A stretch of 64,000 bases of DNA from Octopus vulgaris (Eukaryota). The position numbers and the translations under genes are program-made. The DNA lies in assembly GCA_951406725.2 (NCBI GenBank), contig OX597814.1:220782001-220846000 (forward strand). Reading direction: 5' to 3'. Shown piece by piece: positions 12,957-25,779 of this stretch. Positions within the stretch are counted from its first letter, which is position 1; each line of letters starts with the position of its first letter. The notes below the pieces were generated by a model. The model did not search any database. It had not been told where the DNA came from and was given only the letters and a program-made list of their open reading frames with translations.

Positions 12957-13379
12957 GATGGGTTCTTTGAGTTTCAGTCTACTAAATTCACTGGCAAAGC
13001 TTTGGTCGGTCCGAGGCTATAGTAGACGGATAATTGCCTGTGGGGTATCACGCAGTGGAACTGAACCCGAAACCATATGGTTTAGAAGCAAACTTCTTAC
13101 CACATAGCCATGCCTGCTTTTGTTACCTTTTGACTTTTAAAACCGATTTGAAAAAAAAAAAAAACGAACGTCGAGTGCTTGACTGCCGAAGTATATGTAA
13201 AAGTTAAAGATGTTAATCATTCCCACTGCTTGTCATCCAATTTCTGAATAGGTTTAATATAATTCTCCAACCAATACCTAGCTTGCTTGCTGTCTATATT
13301 TCTACTTCCATTGTTATACTATTCTGTTAGTATTTTACTGGCCGTGAGAACTAAAGGTGTTACGGAGTGGTGTGAATTT

Positions 13380-14130
13380 GCGCCGATGATGTTGATGATG
13401 GCGAAGACGACTAAGGCAATGGGTAATAGATCTATTGTTGGTGGCAACCCAGAGGTGGTGGTGGTGGTAATAAATATTATGATATACATGGTTTTGAAGA
13501 CATATTATGGCGGTGATGACGACGACGGTAATGATAATGACGAGGATGATGATGATGATGTTGATTGATGATTGATGATTGTGTTAAAGTGAATAGCAAT
13601 GATGTAATGGTGATGTTGTTGTTGTTGTTGATGATGATGATGATGATGAAGTACATGATAAATTGTGCTTGTGCTAGAGGAGATGGTAGTGAATTTAGGC
13701 GAGATGGTGTAGTGGTGTTGCATGTCGTGTAAAATGTAGGTGGTGGCGGTGATGTATGAGACGATGTTGGTCGAAATTAATGGAGATGGAGATGGGGGTG
13801 GTGGTGGTGGTGGTGGTGGTTCTGCTTGTGATGGTGGTGGTGTTAGTGGTGGTGGAGTGGTGCGGATGGTTGTGGTAGTGGTGTTGTTGTTGAAGGTGAA
13901 TGTTGATTTTAGTGACGATGGCAGTGGTAACCGGGCAGTGGTCGAACACAATGGTACAAGTGGTACGAAGCTTCATACGAAGTGGTAACGATGGTAACAG
14001 TGGAAGTGGTAGAGGTGATGGAGGTAATGGTGCTGATAGAAGATTGTGTTAGAAGAGGATAATGATGGCGGTGGTGGTGGTGATGGTGGCGGTGGCGGTG
14101 GTTATATTAATGATGAGCAAGCAGATGATG
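13380..14130. repeat. Degenerate (GGT)/(GAT)/(GTT) trinucleotide low-complexity region
   Basis: Direct reading; overlapping ORFs are homopolymeric. Confidence 0.85.
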
Positions 14131-14366
14131 TGGATGGTTGGACTAACGGAGGGGAAAATGGCGGAGTCTGTTGATGGCGATAGCCTTCCGGTTGTCTAAC
14201 CACCGTTTTGCACCTACCAATAGAGTTATCCTTCTGCCTTTCATGTAGCTGGCCTTCTAGCTTGATTTTGTATATAAACATCTATTATGAGCCGGATAAA
14301 CTAGTCCATGACGTATCCTCCGGGCGAACCAAAATGTATTTTATATCGCGTTGATTGTTTTTTGAT

Positions 14367-14369
<3 letters not shown>

Positions 14370-14404
<35 letters not shown>

Positions 14405-14700
14405 TACATACATACATACATACATACATACATACATACATACATACGTACGTACATACATACATACATACATACATACATACATACATACATACATACA
14501 TACATACATACATACATACATACATACATTCATACATACATACATGCATACATTCATACATACATACATTCATACATACATACATACATATATACATTCA
14601 TACATACATACATACATTCATACATACATACATACATACACACATACATACATACATACATACATTTATACATACATACATACATACATACATACATACA

Positions 14701-14736
<36 letters not shown>

Positions 14737-14770
14737 TACACATATATGAATATACTGTATACACACACAC
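14370..14770. repeat. (CA)n + (TACA)n microsatellite
   Basis: Direct reading. Confidence 0.95.
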
Positions 14771-15064
14771 AGACTGACAGAAATGTGCGAGTAGACATCC
14801 TACTTACATATAATCATGTATGTTTATATGCACGTGCATTTATATTGCAAAATTCAAATATTAATAAACTTATAAATTTCGCCCCGAAGCGGCTTCTTTA
14901 AACTGCTTGAATAAAGCTGCTCCAAGCTGGAACTTATAAGTCATTGTTAAGTTTATGATATAAGAAATAATTTAAAATATACAATTTAACTCTACAATTC
15001 GTATAGAGTTTTCTATCTGATAATCTATGATTGGCGTTAACATAGCCCCTACGTAAGTTAAACA

Positions 15065-15340
15065 CTTACATGTTATGGTCTCGTACGTTCACCTCTCCAA
15101 ACTCTCACCTCTTCACTACTTGTCACCCTTGTTGCGTCCAACATCCCAGAACCTGCACTAACCGATATCCCCAGTCCCTTCTGCTTAGAACATCAGCCAT
15201 CTGGAACTTTACCTCAGCCCATAACTTTGCTACAGGGGTTCACCCGCCACAAGTTGAACGGAAAATTAACAGCAACAAGTTCACGGATCTGGGGAGGCTT
15301 GTAATGTTTATGAGTACTGACCAGCGCTAGATTAACCATC
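15065..15340 (+). mobile_element. CR1/L2-group LINE 3' fragment
   Basis: RTCTNRYPQSLLLRTSAIWN...F......ERKIN resembles the CR1-type ORF2 C-terminus (SF.PRT..LWN.LP). Confidence 0.5.
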
Positions 15341-15771
15341 AAACAAAATAAGCATATGTTTATGGAATCAATGGAAGTGGAGCGATCCATAGAAATGGTA
15401 AATGGTTTACGGCATAAAAGAAATCACTTTAAACTTACTAAAAAAATATTCGAAATGGTTTATATGACTGGAAATATAATTTTGAAGTATTCATGGCGTC
15501 ATAGTGAGGATCTGATCAATGACTTCACAATTAAGAATAGTTGGAGAAGATTTTTAAAATTTAAATAAAGAGGAAGTATACAAAAATAAATATTATTTCT
15601 TATCTTACTGTTGGTTCTGTTTCATTATTAATAATATAAATTTATTCTATGGTTTATTATGTTTTTATATTTTAAATTACATATATATGGAGTCACCAAA
15701 ATCTTTGAAGTGCTTAGTGCCTCTACGGCCCTGGTACTGACTCGTCTTCCTAACTCAGGATACATACATAC

Positions 15772-16140
15772 ATTTGGGACAGAATAGAAGACGTATGTAC
15801 CGTCACAGAGGTCTGCTGTGCTGCTGATGTGAATATCTCTTTGAAAATCAAAGAGAAAGTAGATAACTATGGACAACTGCTTTGAACCCTTCAGCTTCTA
15901 TACCCGGATTACAAATTTACATTTATACCAATAGTAATTGGAGCACTTGGTTTTCGTAAGAAAATGCCTAACTGTCAGTCTGGATAAGCTTAGATTTTCA
16001 GAAAAAGAAATCAACCGATTCGCACATTACAAATTCAATCTGTTTTCGTTATCTACATTCCAAAGATGGAGCTTTGTATCTTTGTTAGAAACCAGTTCCT
16101 TTTTCAGTGGAAGAATTTACATTATTGAATATCGAAGAGA
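15772..16140 (+). mobile_element. 5'-truncated R4/Dong-type REL LINE (copy 1 of tandem)
   Basis: IWDRIEDVCTVTEVCCAADVNISLKIKEKVDNYGQLL*TLQLLYPDYKFTFIPIVIGALG; flanked by TACA repeats. Confidence 0.75.
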
Positions 16141-16202
16141 CATACATACATACATACATACATACATACATACATACATACATACATACATACATACATA
16201 CA

Positions 16203-16236
<34 letters not shown>

Positions 16237-16245
16237 CATACATAT

Positions 16246-16282
<37 letters not shown>

Positions 16283-16416
16283 CATACATACATACATACA
16301 TACATACACACATACATACATACATACATACATGCATACATACATACATACATACATACACACATACATACATACATACATACATACATACATACAAACA
16401 TACATACATACATACA

Positions 16417-16447
<31 letters not shown>

Positions 16448-16448
<1 letters not shown>

Positions 16449-17110
16449 CAATTGCCCTACTGATCTTTATATCTCGTCGAAAATCAAAAATAAGGAGGAT
16501 AACACACATACATACAGCTTTTATACACAAATTATAGGTTCGCATTTATACCAATAATAATTGGTGCCCTTAGTTTTGTTAGTAATGACCATTGTGAAAA
16601 TCTGGAAAAGCCAAGGTTTTCAGAAAGAGACCGAAACAAATTGTGCGCGTGCGCATTACGTTTTTTATTAATAAACGTACATCGCCGGAAAAAATGCTTA
16701 GCAGCATTTCATCCGTTTTCTCGATCTGAGCTCAAATTCCGCCGAGGTCAACTTTGCCTTTCATCCTTTCGAGAACGATAAAATAAGTACCAGTTGAGTA
16801 CTGGGGTCGATGTAATTGAGTAGCCCCCTTCCACAAAATTTCAGGCCTTGTGCCTACAGTAGAAAAGATTAATAAATGCATATATACTCATGTTTTGAGT
16901 TTTATTATACTGTTTGCATAACGAAAACTAATATGCACACTATAAATACGATCTGTAAGCGGAAGAGTAAAAATATGCAAGACTTTTCCAAATTCAAAAT
17001 GTGACAACGTTTTTGGTATCCACATTGAAACGACGAAGGTTTGCATCTTTGTTAGAAACCAACACCTTGCTTACGGGAAGACGTCAAATTATTAAAACCG
17101 GAAGAGAAAA
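16448..17110 (+). mobile_element. 5'-truncated R4/Dong-type LINE (copy 2), interrupted by a SINE
   Basis: CPTDLYISSKIKNKEDN...QLLYTNYRFAFIPIIIGAL; resumes ~16940 with VKICKTF and the same 3' UTR motif. Confidence 0.65.
16680..16872 (+). mobile_element. SINE family 3 (core GCCGAGGTCAACTTTGCCTTTCATCCTTTCG...GATAAAATAAGTACCAGT)
   Basis: Homologous copies at 31810-32036, 33178-33352, 35320-35525, 63341-63955. Confidence 0.75.
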
Positions 17111-17124
17111 TACAAACACACATA

Positions 17125-17968
17125 GATCAGATTACAAGTTCAGTTTTATACCTGAAATTATTGGGACACTGGGATATGTAACACACTGCCTAAATACCCA
17201 TTTGACTCTCAAAACCAGAAAGGAGAAAGCTGATTCGAAGACTACAGATTCAATCCTCTGGAACTGTAAAATAAGTATTTGAGCATGTCTAGATATGCAA
17301 CTATATGCATAAGAATGCATACGTCAAACAAAACATACAAATTTGCTTACATCCATCCATCCATCCATCCATCCATCCATCCATCCATCCATCCATCCAT
17401 CCATCCATCCATCCATCCATCCATCCATCCATCCATCCATCCCTCCATCCATCCATCCATCCATCCATCCATCCATCCATCTATCCATCCATCCATCCAC
17501 CCATCCCATCCATCCATCCATCCATCCATCCATCCATCCCTCCATCCATCCATCCATCCATCCATCCATCCATCCATCCATCCATCCACCCATCCATCCA
17601 TCCATCCCTCCATCCATCCATCCATCCATCCATCCATCCATCCATCCATCCATCCATCCATCCATCCATCCATCCATCCATCCATCCATCCATCCATCCA
17701 TCCATCCATCCATCCATCCACCCATCCATCCATCCATCCATCCATCCATCCATCCATCCATCCATCCATCCATCCATCCATCCATCCATCCCTCCATCCA
17801 TCCATCCATCCATCCACCCATCCATCCATCCATACATACATACATACATACATACAAAAATAGCCTACTGATGTTGCTGAAATTCCAGAGAAGAAACTTT
17901 GGATCTAGGTTAGGAACCAGCTCTTTCTCTATTAGCAAGAAATCTTGAAATAAAAACTGGATAATGAC
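17125..17968 (+). mobile_element. 5'-truncated R4/Dong-type LINE (copy 3) with (CCAT)n in its 3' UTR
   Basis: Colinear with the reverse complement of 37426-37870 on both sides of the microsatellite. Confidence 0.8.
17350..17835. repeat. (CCAT)n microsatellite, ~480 bp
   Basis: Direct reading. Confidence 0.95.
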
Positions 17969-18059
17969 ATACATATTAACGCATAAAGTAAATAGATACT
18001 TCTCGTTACACCGTTTTATCTGAGCTGGCACTACTTGATGCTTTAAATTTTGTAACGTA

Positions 18060-18400
18060 TTATTGCTTCCGTAATAATAAGCCAAGTTGATGGCGATACC
18101 TTATAGAAGTAACTCCGACTCATTTGGAGTTGTTCTGAAACACCAGCTGCCTTACAACGGGAATTATTTTCAACAATCCGCTTGTCAGTCCGAAGACACA
18201 TGTCAGAGGGAACAGGTCGACCTGTACTGGATGCTGTTGATTCCTTTCTTTTGCTGATGAATTGGCTGTGACAAGAGGAATTCCAAGAATTTGTGCAATC
18301 TAACGTTGGCTAAGTCTATCCTCAGATTGGTTCACAATACGCCTTCTTTGAAAATCCGGAAAGTCTTTTGCTTCTTGTGCTCGTTGCAATAAATAATTGA
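18060..18400 (-). pseudogene. Tc1-like transposase N-terminal (paired/HTH) remnant
   Basis: KDFPDFQRRRIVNQSEDRLSQR*IAQILGIPLVT ... STASSTGRPVPSD...KRIVENN, with stop and frameshift. Confidence 0.6.
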
Positions 18401-18440
18401 AATACTGTAATCTGAAATGGAAAACAATTGTCTTGTATTC

Positions 18441-18667
18441 TTTTACGTGTTCCAGTCATTTGACTGAGGCCATGCTGGAGCACCACCTCGAAGGGTTTTA
18501 GTTGAACAAATCGACCCCAGAACTTACATGTTTTAAAGCACACTACTTATTTTATTGGTTTGATTTGCTGAACCGCTAAGTTTCGGGGACTTAAGCACAC
18601 CAATACCGGTTGTCAAACAGTGATGGGGGAGTGGGGGCAAATACAGACATAAAGCCACACCTGCACT

Positions 18668-18704
<37 letters not shown>

Positions 18705-19258
18705 GGAGAGAGAGAGAAAACAAAGTTATTTTATTCTACACGGGTAGAAATATAGGTAAAATAGAAGTTGAAATTGCGCTGAGAGTAGTTAAAATAATTG
18801 AAGCTTTGACCGGTTATATCGCAGCTGTCTTGCTTCTGACTAATGTTTGAAGTTTGCCCTGTTTTTATAGGGAGTTCATGGCACAAATTAGTGTATGTCT
18901 TGTATAGGATTTGATTGGGTGAGAATCATCATCATCATTGTTCGACCGTGGGTGAGAATAGTCACATGACTGGTCTTAGAAATTTTTGTAGGTTCCCCGC
19001 TACGTCCGTGTGTTAGCATGAAGTGACAGTGTTTGGCGTCGCAAGTTAAGGCTGACACGGTTGACTGAACAAGTCCAAACGATCAATGCTCTGAATGTTT
19101 TCTGTCAAGTATTTTGATTGTCACGTAGCGGTTCGGCAAAAGTGACCGATAGATTAAGTACTAGGCTTACAAAGAATAAGTCCTGGGGTCGATTTGCTCG
19201 ACAAAAGGCGGTGCTCCAGCATGGCCGCAGTCAAATGACTGAAACAAATGACTGAGTC

Positions 19259-19290
<32 letters not shown>

Positions 19291-19411
19291 TACGACGGGC
19301 TTCTTTCAGTTTCTGTCTACCAAATCTACTCACAAGGCTTTGGTCGATCCGAGAATCCGGAATCATGTGGTTGGAAAGCAAGCTTGTTACCACACAGCTG
19401 CGACTGCGCCG
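18441..19411 (-). mobile_element. SINE family 2 copy split at its internal (TA)n by other insertions, including a + strand SINE2 3' half (~19122-19255)
   Basis: 3' half at 18441-18700 and 5' half at 19290-19411 on the minus strand. Confidence 0.65.
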
Positions 19412-19925
19412 ATATGCTAACAAATTCAAAGAACCACGTAGCGTCTCCACAGATAATACGGAACTATGAGTGGTGTCAATGTACTTTCGAGATATCTGTG
19501 TATATGTAATGTATTTATATGCATGTATGTGTGTGCGTGTATGTGTATGTATGTGTGTGCGTGTATGTGTATGTATGTTTGAGTTATTCGGGCTTTTTCA
19601 CAAATAGCTCGCTATGTCTGTTTGGGGAGTATATGTTAAAATGTTACATCTTCTTACATGTAACATTCTGTTAAATATGCGAGGTGAATATTTAATTGGA
19701 ACTGTACCCATAGACAGGTATATCAACCGTTAGCCTACATTAGCTCAAAATAAGTCTGACTAAAGGTAGATCATACTCTAAAACATTAATACTGAAAAAT
19801 GTCAAAAGCTTAGCTACTACAACGACTAATTAACTTAGCAGAGGGGCAGAAAAATTATTCAATAATCTTGCTTTTGCACATTCTAGTTATAAAGGGAAAA
19901 ACTAACCAGAAACTAAATATCCTTA

Positions 19926-20311
19926 TCTCTCTATATATAAACGGCAGTTTGTCTGTGTGTGTTTCTGTGTGTCTGTTTTCTCGTACCCTCACTCTGACCA
20001 CGGCTTTCAACCGATTCTGATGAAACTTGACACACACATAGCCCAATGTCATAATTCAAAACTAACGCAGCGAAAATTTTGAAAAGTTAACCCCAGTTCT
20101 GAAAAAAATCGATAAATTCGACATGGGGTCGAGAATAAAAAAACAAACCACAGACTGTCTAGGGGACGCAACTCAACCTTTTTTTACTCTCAAAAAAAAA
20201 TTTACCATAATTTTTTTTCCATTTTTTTGCTATTTTTTGGCTATAACTCTCTAAAAATGCTTTATAGTTATTTCCCTTACAAACCTGAGCAACGCCGGGC
20301 GATACTGCTAG
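19926..20311 (+). mobile_element. Non-autonomous Helitron, head type B with the common tail
   Basis: A|TCTCTCTATATATAAACGGCAG ... CCTGAGCAACGCCGGG..CTAG|T. Confidence 0.85.
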
Positions 20312-21482
20312 TCTTTAACTAACATTGATATTTCCCCCCATACATATGACATTATTTCGACAACCAGCTTCACTAAACATCAGTCCCAGCTATAACAACA
20401 AACTGGTAAACCATTCAAAGCTCATGGACCTTGCACTGCCGTCTTTGAATGTCTTACGAAACCAATAATTTAAAAACCAACAGGGGGAAGGAATGTAGCG
20501 TCACCAGGTCTCCGAGACTGTTGAAAAAAACAGGAAAGAAAGAATATTTAAAGCAGAGACCTGGCCCGAATGCTTATAACGGACGGGACACTGATAAAGG
20601 CACTTAGCGTGCCAAGTAGTGGTACTAAAACGGTCGACTGGTTAACGCTATCGCCGTTAAGCGCGTTCACATTACGTACTTACAGATACTGAGTATTGTA
20701 GTTTGGTTGAAGTATTGCAATGCGTAAAAGATATAAATGTTTAAAAAATAGTAATGAGATGTCGAGCTGGGCAAAATATGTTAGGTATTACCAATAAATC
20801 AAAACAAACAAAAATATATTGTATCAATTTACATAAGTTGTCTAATGCCGCCATAACAGTGCGGGAAAGATTCCCCTTAACAATTAAAAGAAAGAAAATT
20901 ATTCAAGAGTTTGAAGAAAAATGTAACCAGCAGACTGTTTTTCAGGAAGTCGGCTGTGATGAATCAATCTAAATAATTTGCCTATTACGTTGTCAGCTTC
21001 AACTTTGCTTTTCCCTCTTCGCAGTTTCTGTAAAGTGCTTTGTGTAATATAATATTAACAACAATCAGAATACGAATCTATTGTGAACATATACTACTAG
21101 TTCATGACTGTAAGCCCTGGAATCATAAAGTAACTAATAAGTACTGTTGAACTCAGTCGCACCGATAAGTTTGGTGCAAGGATTGAAAAGCCAGTCCTTC
21201 TTATCCTTCCTAGAAGACAGATAGCCAATGTTCCTGAAGCCAATACTGCAGTATCATGATCACCCATTGGCGGATATCTCTGAATAAATCATTGATTTGG
21301 AAATATTAAGCAATTGATTCAGTTTGTCACACTTGCATGTTATGAAAACATTTTAGCACAAACACACACACACACATATGTACACGCTCACAACCACAAC
21401 CACGGAACCACCCACCTACATATAGGTATCTGTGTGTATGTATGCATAAATGTATGCATATCTACATACACACATGTGAGTG

Positions 21483-21531
<49 letters not shown>

Positions 21532-21907
21532 ATGTGTGTGTGTGTACATACATATATACATACACACATTTATGTGCGAGTATGTTTAAACACATACACA
21601 CGTCCATATATGCATATACATGTATACACATGTTGGAACCGATTCAATCGATTAACTACAAAATTGGCCTTGTGCCTAGTCACAGGAAATTATTATTATT
21701 ATTATTATTTTGTTTGATAGTCGGCATTGTAGGGAAAAAATAATTATAATAGATGATCAATAAACCAGATTCTAAGTATGTCTCTCCACACGCATGCTTG
21801 TGTACATGTATGTTTGTGTTGATTCATGGCAAACTCAGCCAGGAATCATTGCAACACTCAACAAGATAATTTCATTTAAACAAAAAAGAAAAAAAAAAGA
21901 CATAAAT

Positions 21908-21950
<43 letters not shown>

Positions 21951-22584
21951 GAAGAAGAAGAAGAAGAAAAAGTAGAACAGAACAAATATTTCAGTAATTT
22001 ACAAATATTTATTTTAATGAATTCTTTCATGTACATTCATTTGAATATCGAATGATGTTAATTAAAAAAAAAATCTAGTTATCATTAAACATTATTATCA
22101 TTAAAATAAATATTTTAATAAAATAAATATTGTTTGTTTTTAAAAGAAAAAAATATAATTTTATTAATTTTTTTCTTAAAATTACTTCACGTCAGTTCCA
22201 CCAAACTTCCTTACGCATAAAATACTCACACACCCAAAAAATTACAAGATGTTTATAATGGCATAGTTTGGCATTGAAAGGCTCACAACTATTTAACAGT
22301 ACGTTATTGAATAATATATTAGCCATTTAAAATACACATATCTTATTTTTATATTCAATTACGTTTCTATAGTGTTTTATTCTATATTAAGGGTAATAGA
22401 TTAGCTGAATCGGTAAAACGGTGAACAAAAATGCGTTTGTGGCATTTAACCACTTCTCTTTATGTTCTGAGTTCGAATCTCACCGAGGTGCAACTCCGTG
22501 TGTGTCTGCTACACTTTCACATGTATATGCTTTACACTTTTATATTTTTCTCACAAACTACAGTTTTCTTTAGTCGTTTTGCTA

Positions 22585-22984
22585 TACTCTTTACTCTTTT
22601 ACTTGTTTCAGTCATTTGACTGCGGCCATGCTGGAGCACCGCCTTTAATCGAGCAACTCGACCCCGGGACTTATTCTTTTGTAAGCCCAGTACTTATTCT
22701 ATCGGTCTCTTTTGCCGAACCGCTAAGTAACGGGGACGTAAACACACCAGCATCGGTTGTCAAGCAATGCTAGGGGACAAACACAGACACACAAACACAC
22801 ACACGCATATATATATATACATATATACGACGGGCTTCTTTCAGTTTCCGTCTACCAAATCCACTCACAAGGCTTTGGTCAGCCCGAGGCTATAGTAGAA
22901 GACACTTGCCCAAGGTGCCACGCAGTGGGACTGAACCCGGAACCATGTGGTTGGTAGACAAGCTACTTACCACACAGCCACTCC
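22585..22984 (-). mobile_element. tRNA-derived SINE family 2, near full length
   Basis: Head GGAGTGGCTGTGTGGTAAG...GGTTCAGTCC, internal TA/TG repeat, tail GGCGGTGCTCCAGCATGGCCGCAGTC...(GTAAAAGA)n. Confidence 0.9.
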
Positions 22985-23425
22985 CTTTCATCTAATCTCA
23001 CATTATATTCACACTTACTCACATTCCAACTACTCCCATCCCTAACCACAATTTCCCACATTTGTACACCTCTACAAAGCCCAGAAACCACGCGCACACC
23101 ACACACACACCTTCCTTTATATCAATCTCCATTCACGGATATCCTTTTATACGTGCACACATAAACCGGCTTTATCCTCTCTTCCCAACATCTCACCATA
23201 GAACCACATTTCTACTTCTTCTGAATCTTTTTCTCCTTTTTTCTACTACACTTTCTCCTTTTATGCCCTTCTTCCCTTTCTTAACTTTTTTGACGAAGGT
23301 CTAGCGTCCGAAACATCAACGACTCTTTCCCTTCCTCTAAAGTGTTATACTAATAACACCTTTGCTTAAGCTTGACATTGTCGTTTTGCATCTTTTCCTG
23401 TTTTTGCCTATTACTTCATCCAACT
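22985..23425 (+). mobile_element. Penelope-like 3' terminus remnant
   Basis: Same architecture as 9420-10083; degenerate TTGACGA..GTCC GAAAC at ~23288-23318. Confidence 0.4.
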
Positions 23426-24009
23426 CACACACACACACACACACACACAAATACACGTATACACACGGTTATTTCTATCTATCTCAGCTTCATTTCGTAT
23501 GCACATTGCATTTGCAGAAGTTTGACTCCAGCTAGGGACTGAAATCATGTCAAATAAATCTAGTAGCTTACATATTTTCAAATGGAAGGTAACGGAAAAT
23601 ATTTTTAAGGGAGAAAATTTCTTCAGGTTGTGTTTTTATTATTTTTTTTTCACATTGCTTACCATACGTGCAACAGATTAAATTTCTGCTAACAAATAAA
23701 ATTACTTGTTACCATTCACTGCATACATAAAAACGTTTCAAGGAGTTGCATGTATTGCTTATATTTGCTCGCGCGCTTTTTTTCTTCTCAGTATGGCTTC
23801 TAGAAACATAGCAATGCAGCTTCACGACAAGTTAGATTCCACTGAGGATTTGTGGTCAGGAAAGACAATTTATTTGAAGCTATCACGGAAATAACTAATG
23901 AATATCAAGAAAAAAGAATGGGTCTACACTTTACAACCTCACCCAAAAGTCAAAGGGATTCTGTTGTTTCTTCGTTTGTGCAGCAAATATAGAAAAGGTT
24001 TTGTACACA

Positions 24010-24580
24010 GACGTATACATACATACATACATGCAAGCATACATATATGTATACATATATACATGCATACATATATACCTATCTACCTACACATACATAC
24101 AACATACATACATACATACATACATACATACATACATACATACATACATACATACATACATGCAAGCATACATATATATATACATATATACATGCATACA
24201 TACATATATACCTATCTACCTACACATACATACATACATACATACATACATACATACATACATACATACATACATACATACATACATACATACATACATA
24301 CATACATACATACATACATGCAAGCATACATATATGTATACATATATACATACATGCAAATACCTATTTACCTACACATACATACATACATACATACATA
24401 CATACATACATACATACATACATACATACATACATACATACATACATACATACATACATACATACATACATACATACATACATACATACATACATACATA
24501 CATACATACATACATACATACATGCATACATACATATATGCATGCATACATAACACATACATGCGCGCATATATACATGG
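24010..24580. repeat. (TACA)n with a three-fold higher-order repeat
   Basis: CATGCAAGCATACATATA...TACCTA..TACCTACAC recurs at ~24029, ~24159 and ~24316. Confidence 0.85.
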
Positions 24581-24690
24581 TGGCTATCAAATCGAGGATG
24601 AATATATTGTCTTACCCTACATGTTAAAGACAATGACAGTCACTCATGCCCATATAGAAATTTAAAGTCGATAACGGCTTGTATAATATA

Positions 24691-25490
24691 CTAGCAGCAT
24701 AGCCCGGCGTTGCCCGCGTATGTAAGAGCCCCTAATAGGCAACGACTAATCCCAATCTAGTCCTTTCCCTCTAGGGAATGAAGGCGCATGTGTAGGTTGC
24801 AATGTCTTCTCTTCACTCCCAAATAACTATCAAACAGCTATCGATAATTCAACCCAACCAATTCCTACCAGGAAGAAATTACATTCGAGACTTTACCCCC
24901 AACACCATCACTTCTGCTAATAGCTGCTGCAGCCGCAAGTTATTCGAATACTTTTTTTGTTTAAACTTTCTTTATAACTACCAGCCCAAACGTTTTACCT
25001 TAAATGTTTGACGTACCCTAAGGGTCCTCGGACGCTACTTGCAAACTCTTGGTTTATTATAAACCGCTTTTGTCGTGTGCACCAAAAAACCTTTCCCATT
25101 CGTTTGTTCAGTTTGGTCACTTTTGACTTTTTCGTTGTTGTCACTCACATTGCTGCCCGCTTTTTTGCCGTTTTTGTACATTTTTATATATTTTGGGATA
25201 CTTACCCCAACGTGTTCCGAGAGTTAAAAAGGTCGAGTTGCGTCCTCTAGACAGTCTGTAGAAAATGTGTTGCATATGAAAAGCTTAGATTCTCGACCCA
25301 TGTCGAATTTATCGATTTTTTTTCAGAACTGGGGGAACTTTTCAAAATTTTCGCTGCGTTAGTTTTGAATTATGACATTGGGCTATGTGTGTGTCAAGTT
25401 TCATCAGAATTGGTTGAAAGCCGTGGTCAGGGTGAGGGTACAACCTAACAGACACGCAGACAGACAAACTGCCGTTTATATATAGAGAGA
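24691..25490 (-). mobile_element. Non-autonomous Helitron, head type B with a different tail and internal sequence
   Basis: A|TCTCTCTATATATAAACGGCAG head shared with 19926; 3' CGCGGGCAACGCCGGGCTATGCTGCTAG|T. Confidence 0.85.
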
Positions 25491-25603
25491 TATTGACCTG
25501 TTCTCAGCCAGCGACGTGGCATCATTCGAAAATCAAAACAATGCAAAGTGCATGGTGACAAGCGATATGTAGCAACATCCGATAACCTGGCCGATTACGG
25601 GAG

Positions 25604-25635
<32 letters not shown>

Positions 25636-25779
25636 ATGTATGCATGTTTGTTTGTTTGTATGTATGTATGTATGTATGTATGTATGTTTGTATTGTAAGC
25701 AGTTGGTAACGTTTATGCAGTAAACTATCATCAAAAGATTTGTCACTATATAAAAGGATAAAAATATTAAAAAAGTTTA

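Larger units (their letters stand above)
12097..13116 (-). mobile_element. SINE family 2 copy split by insertions into its internal microsatellite
   Basis: 3' half at ~12097-12310 and tRNA-like 5' half at ~12955-13116 match intact copies (e.g. 22585-22984). Confidence 0.75.

Noticed and set aside
13287-13988. Pro/His/Thr- or Gly/Val/Asp-rich ORFs
   Set aside because: Degenerate trinucleotide repeats open in several frames on both strands, with no splice or homology support.
24029-24380. CRISPR-like repeat-spacer pattern
   Set aside because: Spacers are pure TACA, the context is eukaryotic, and there are no cas genes.
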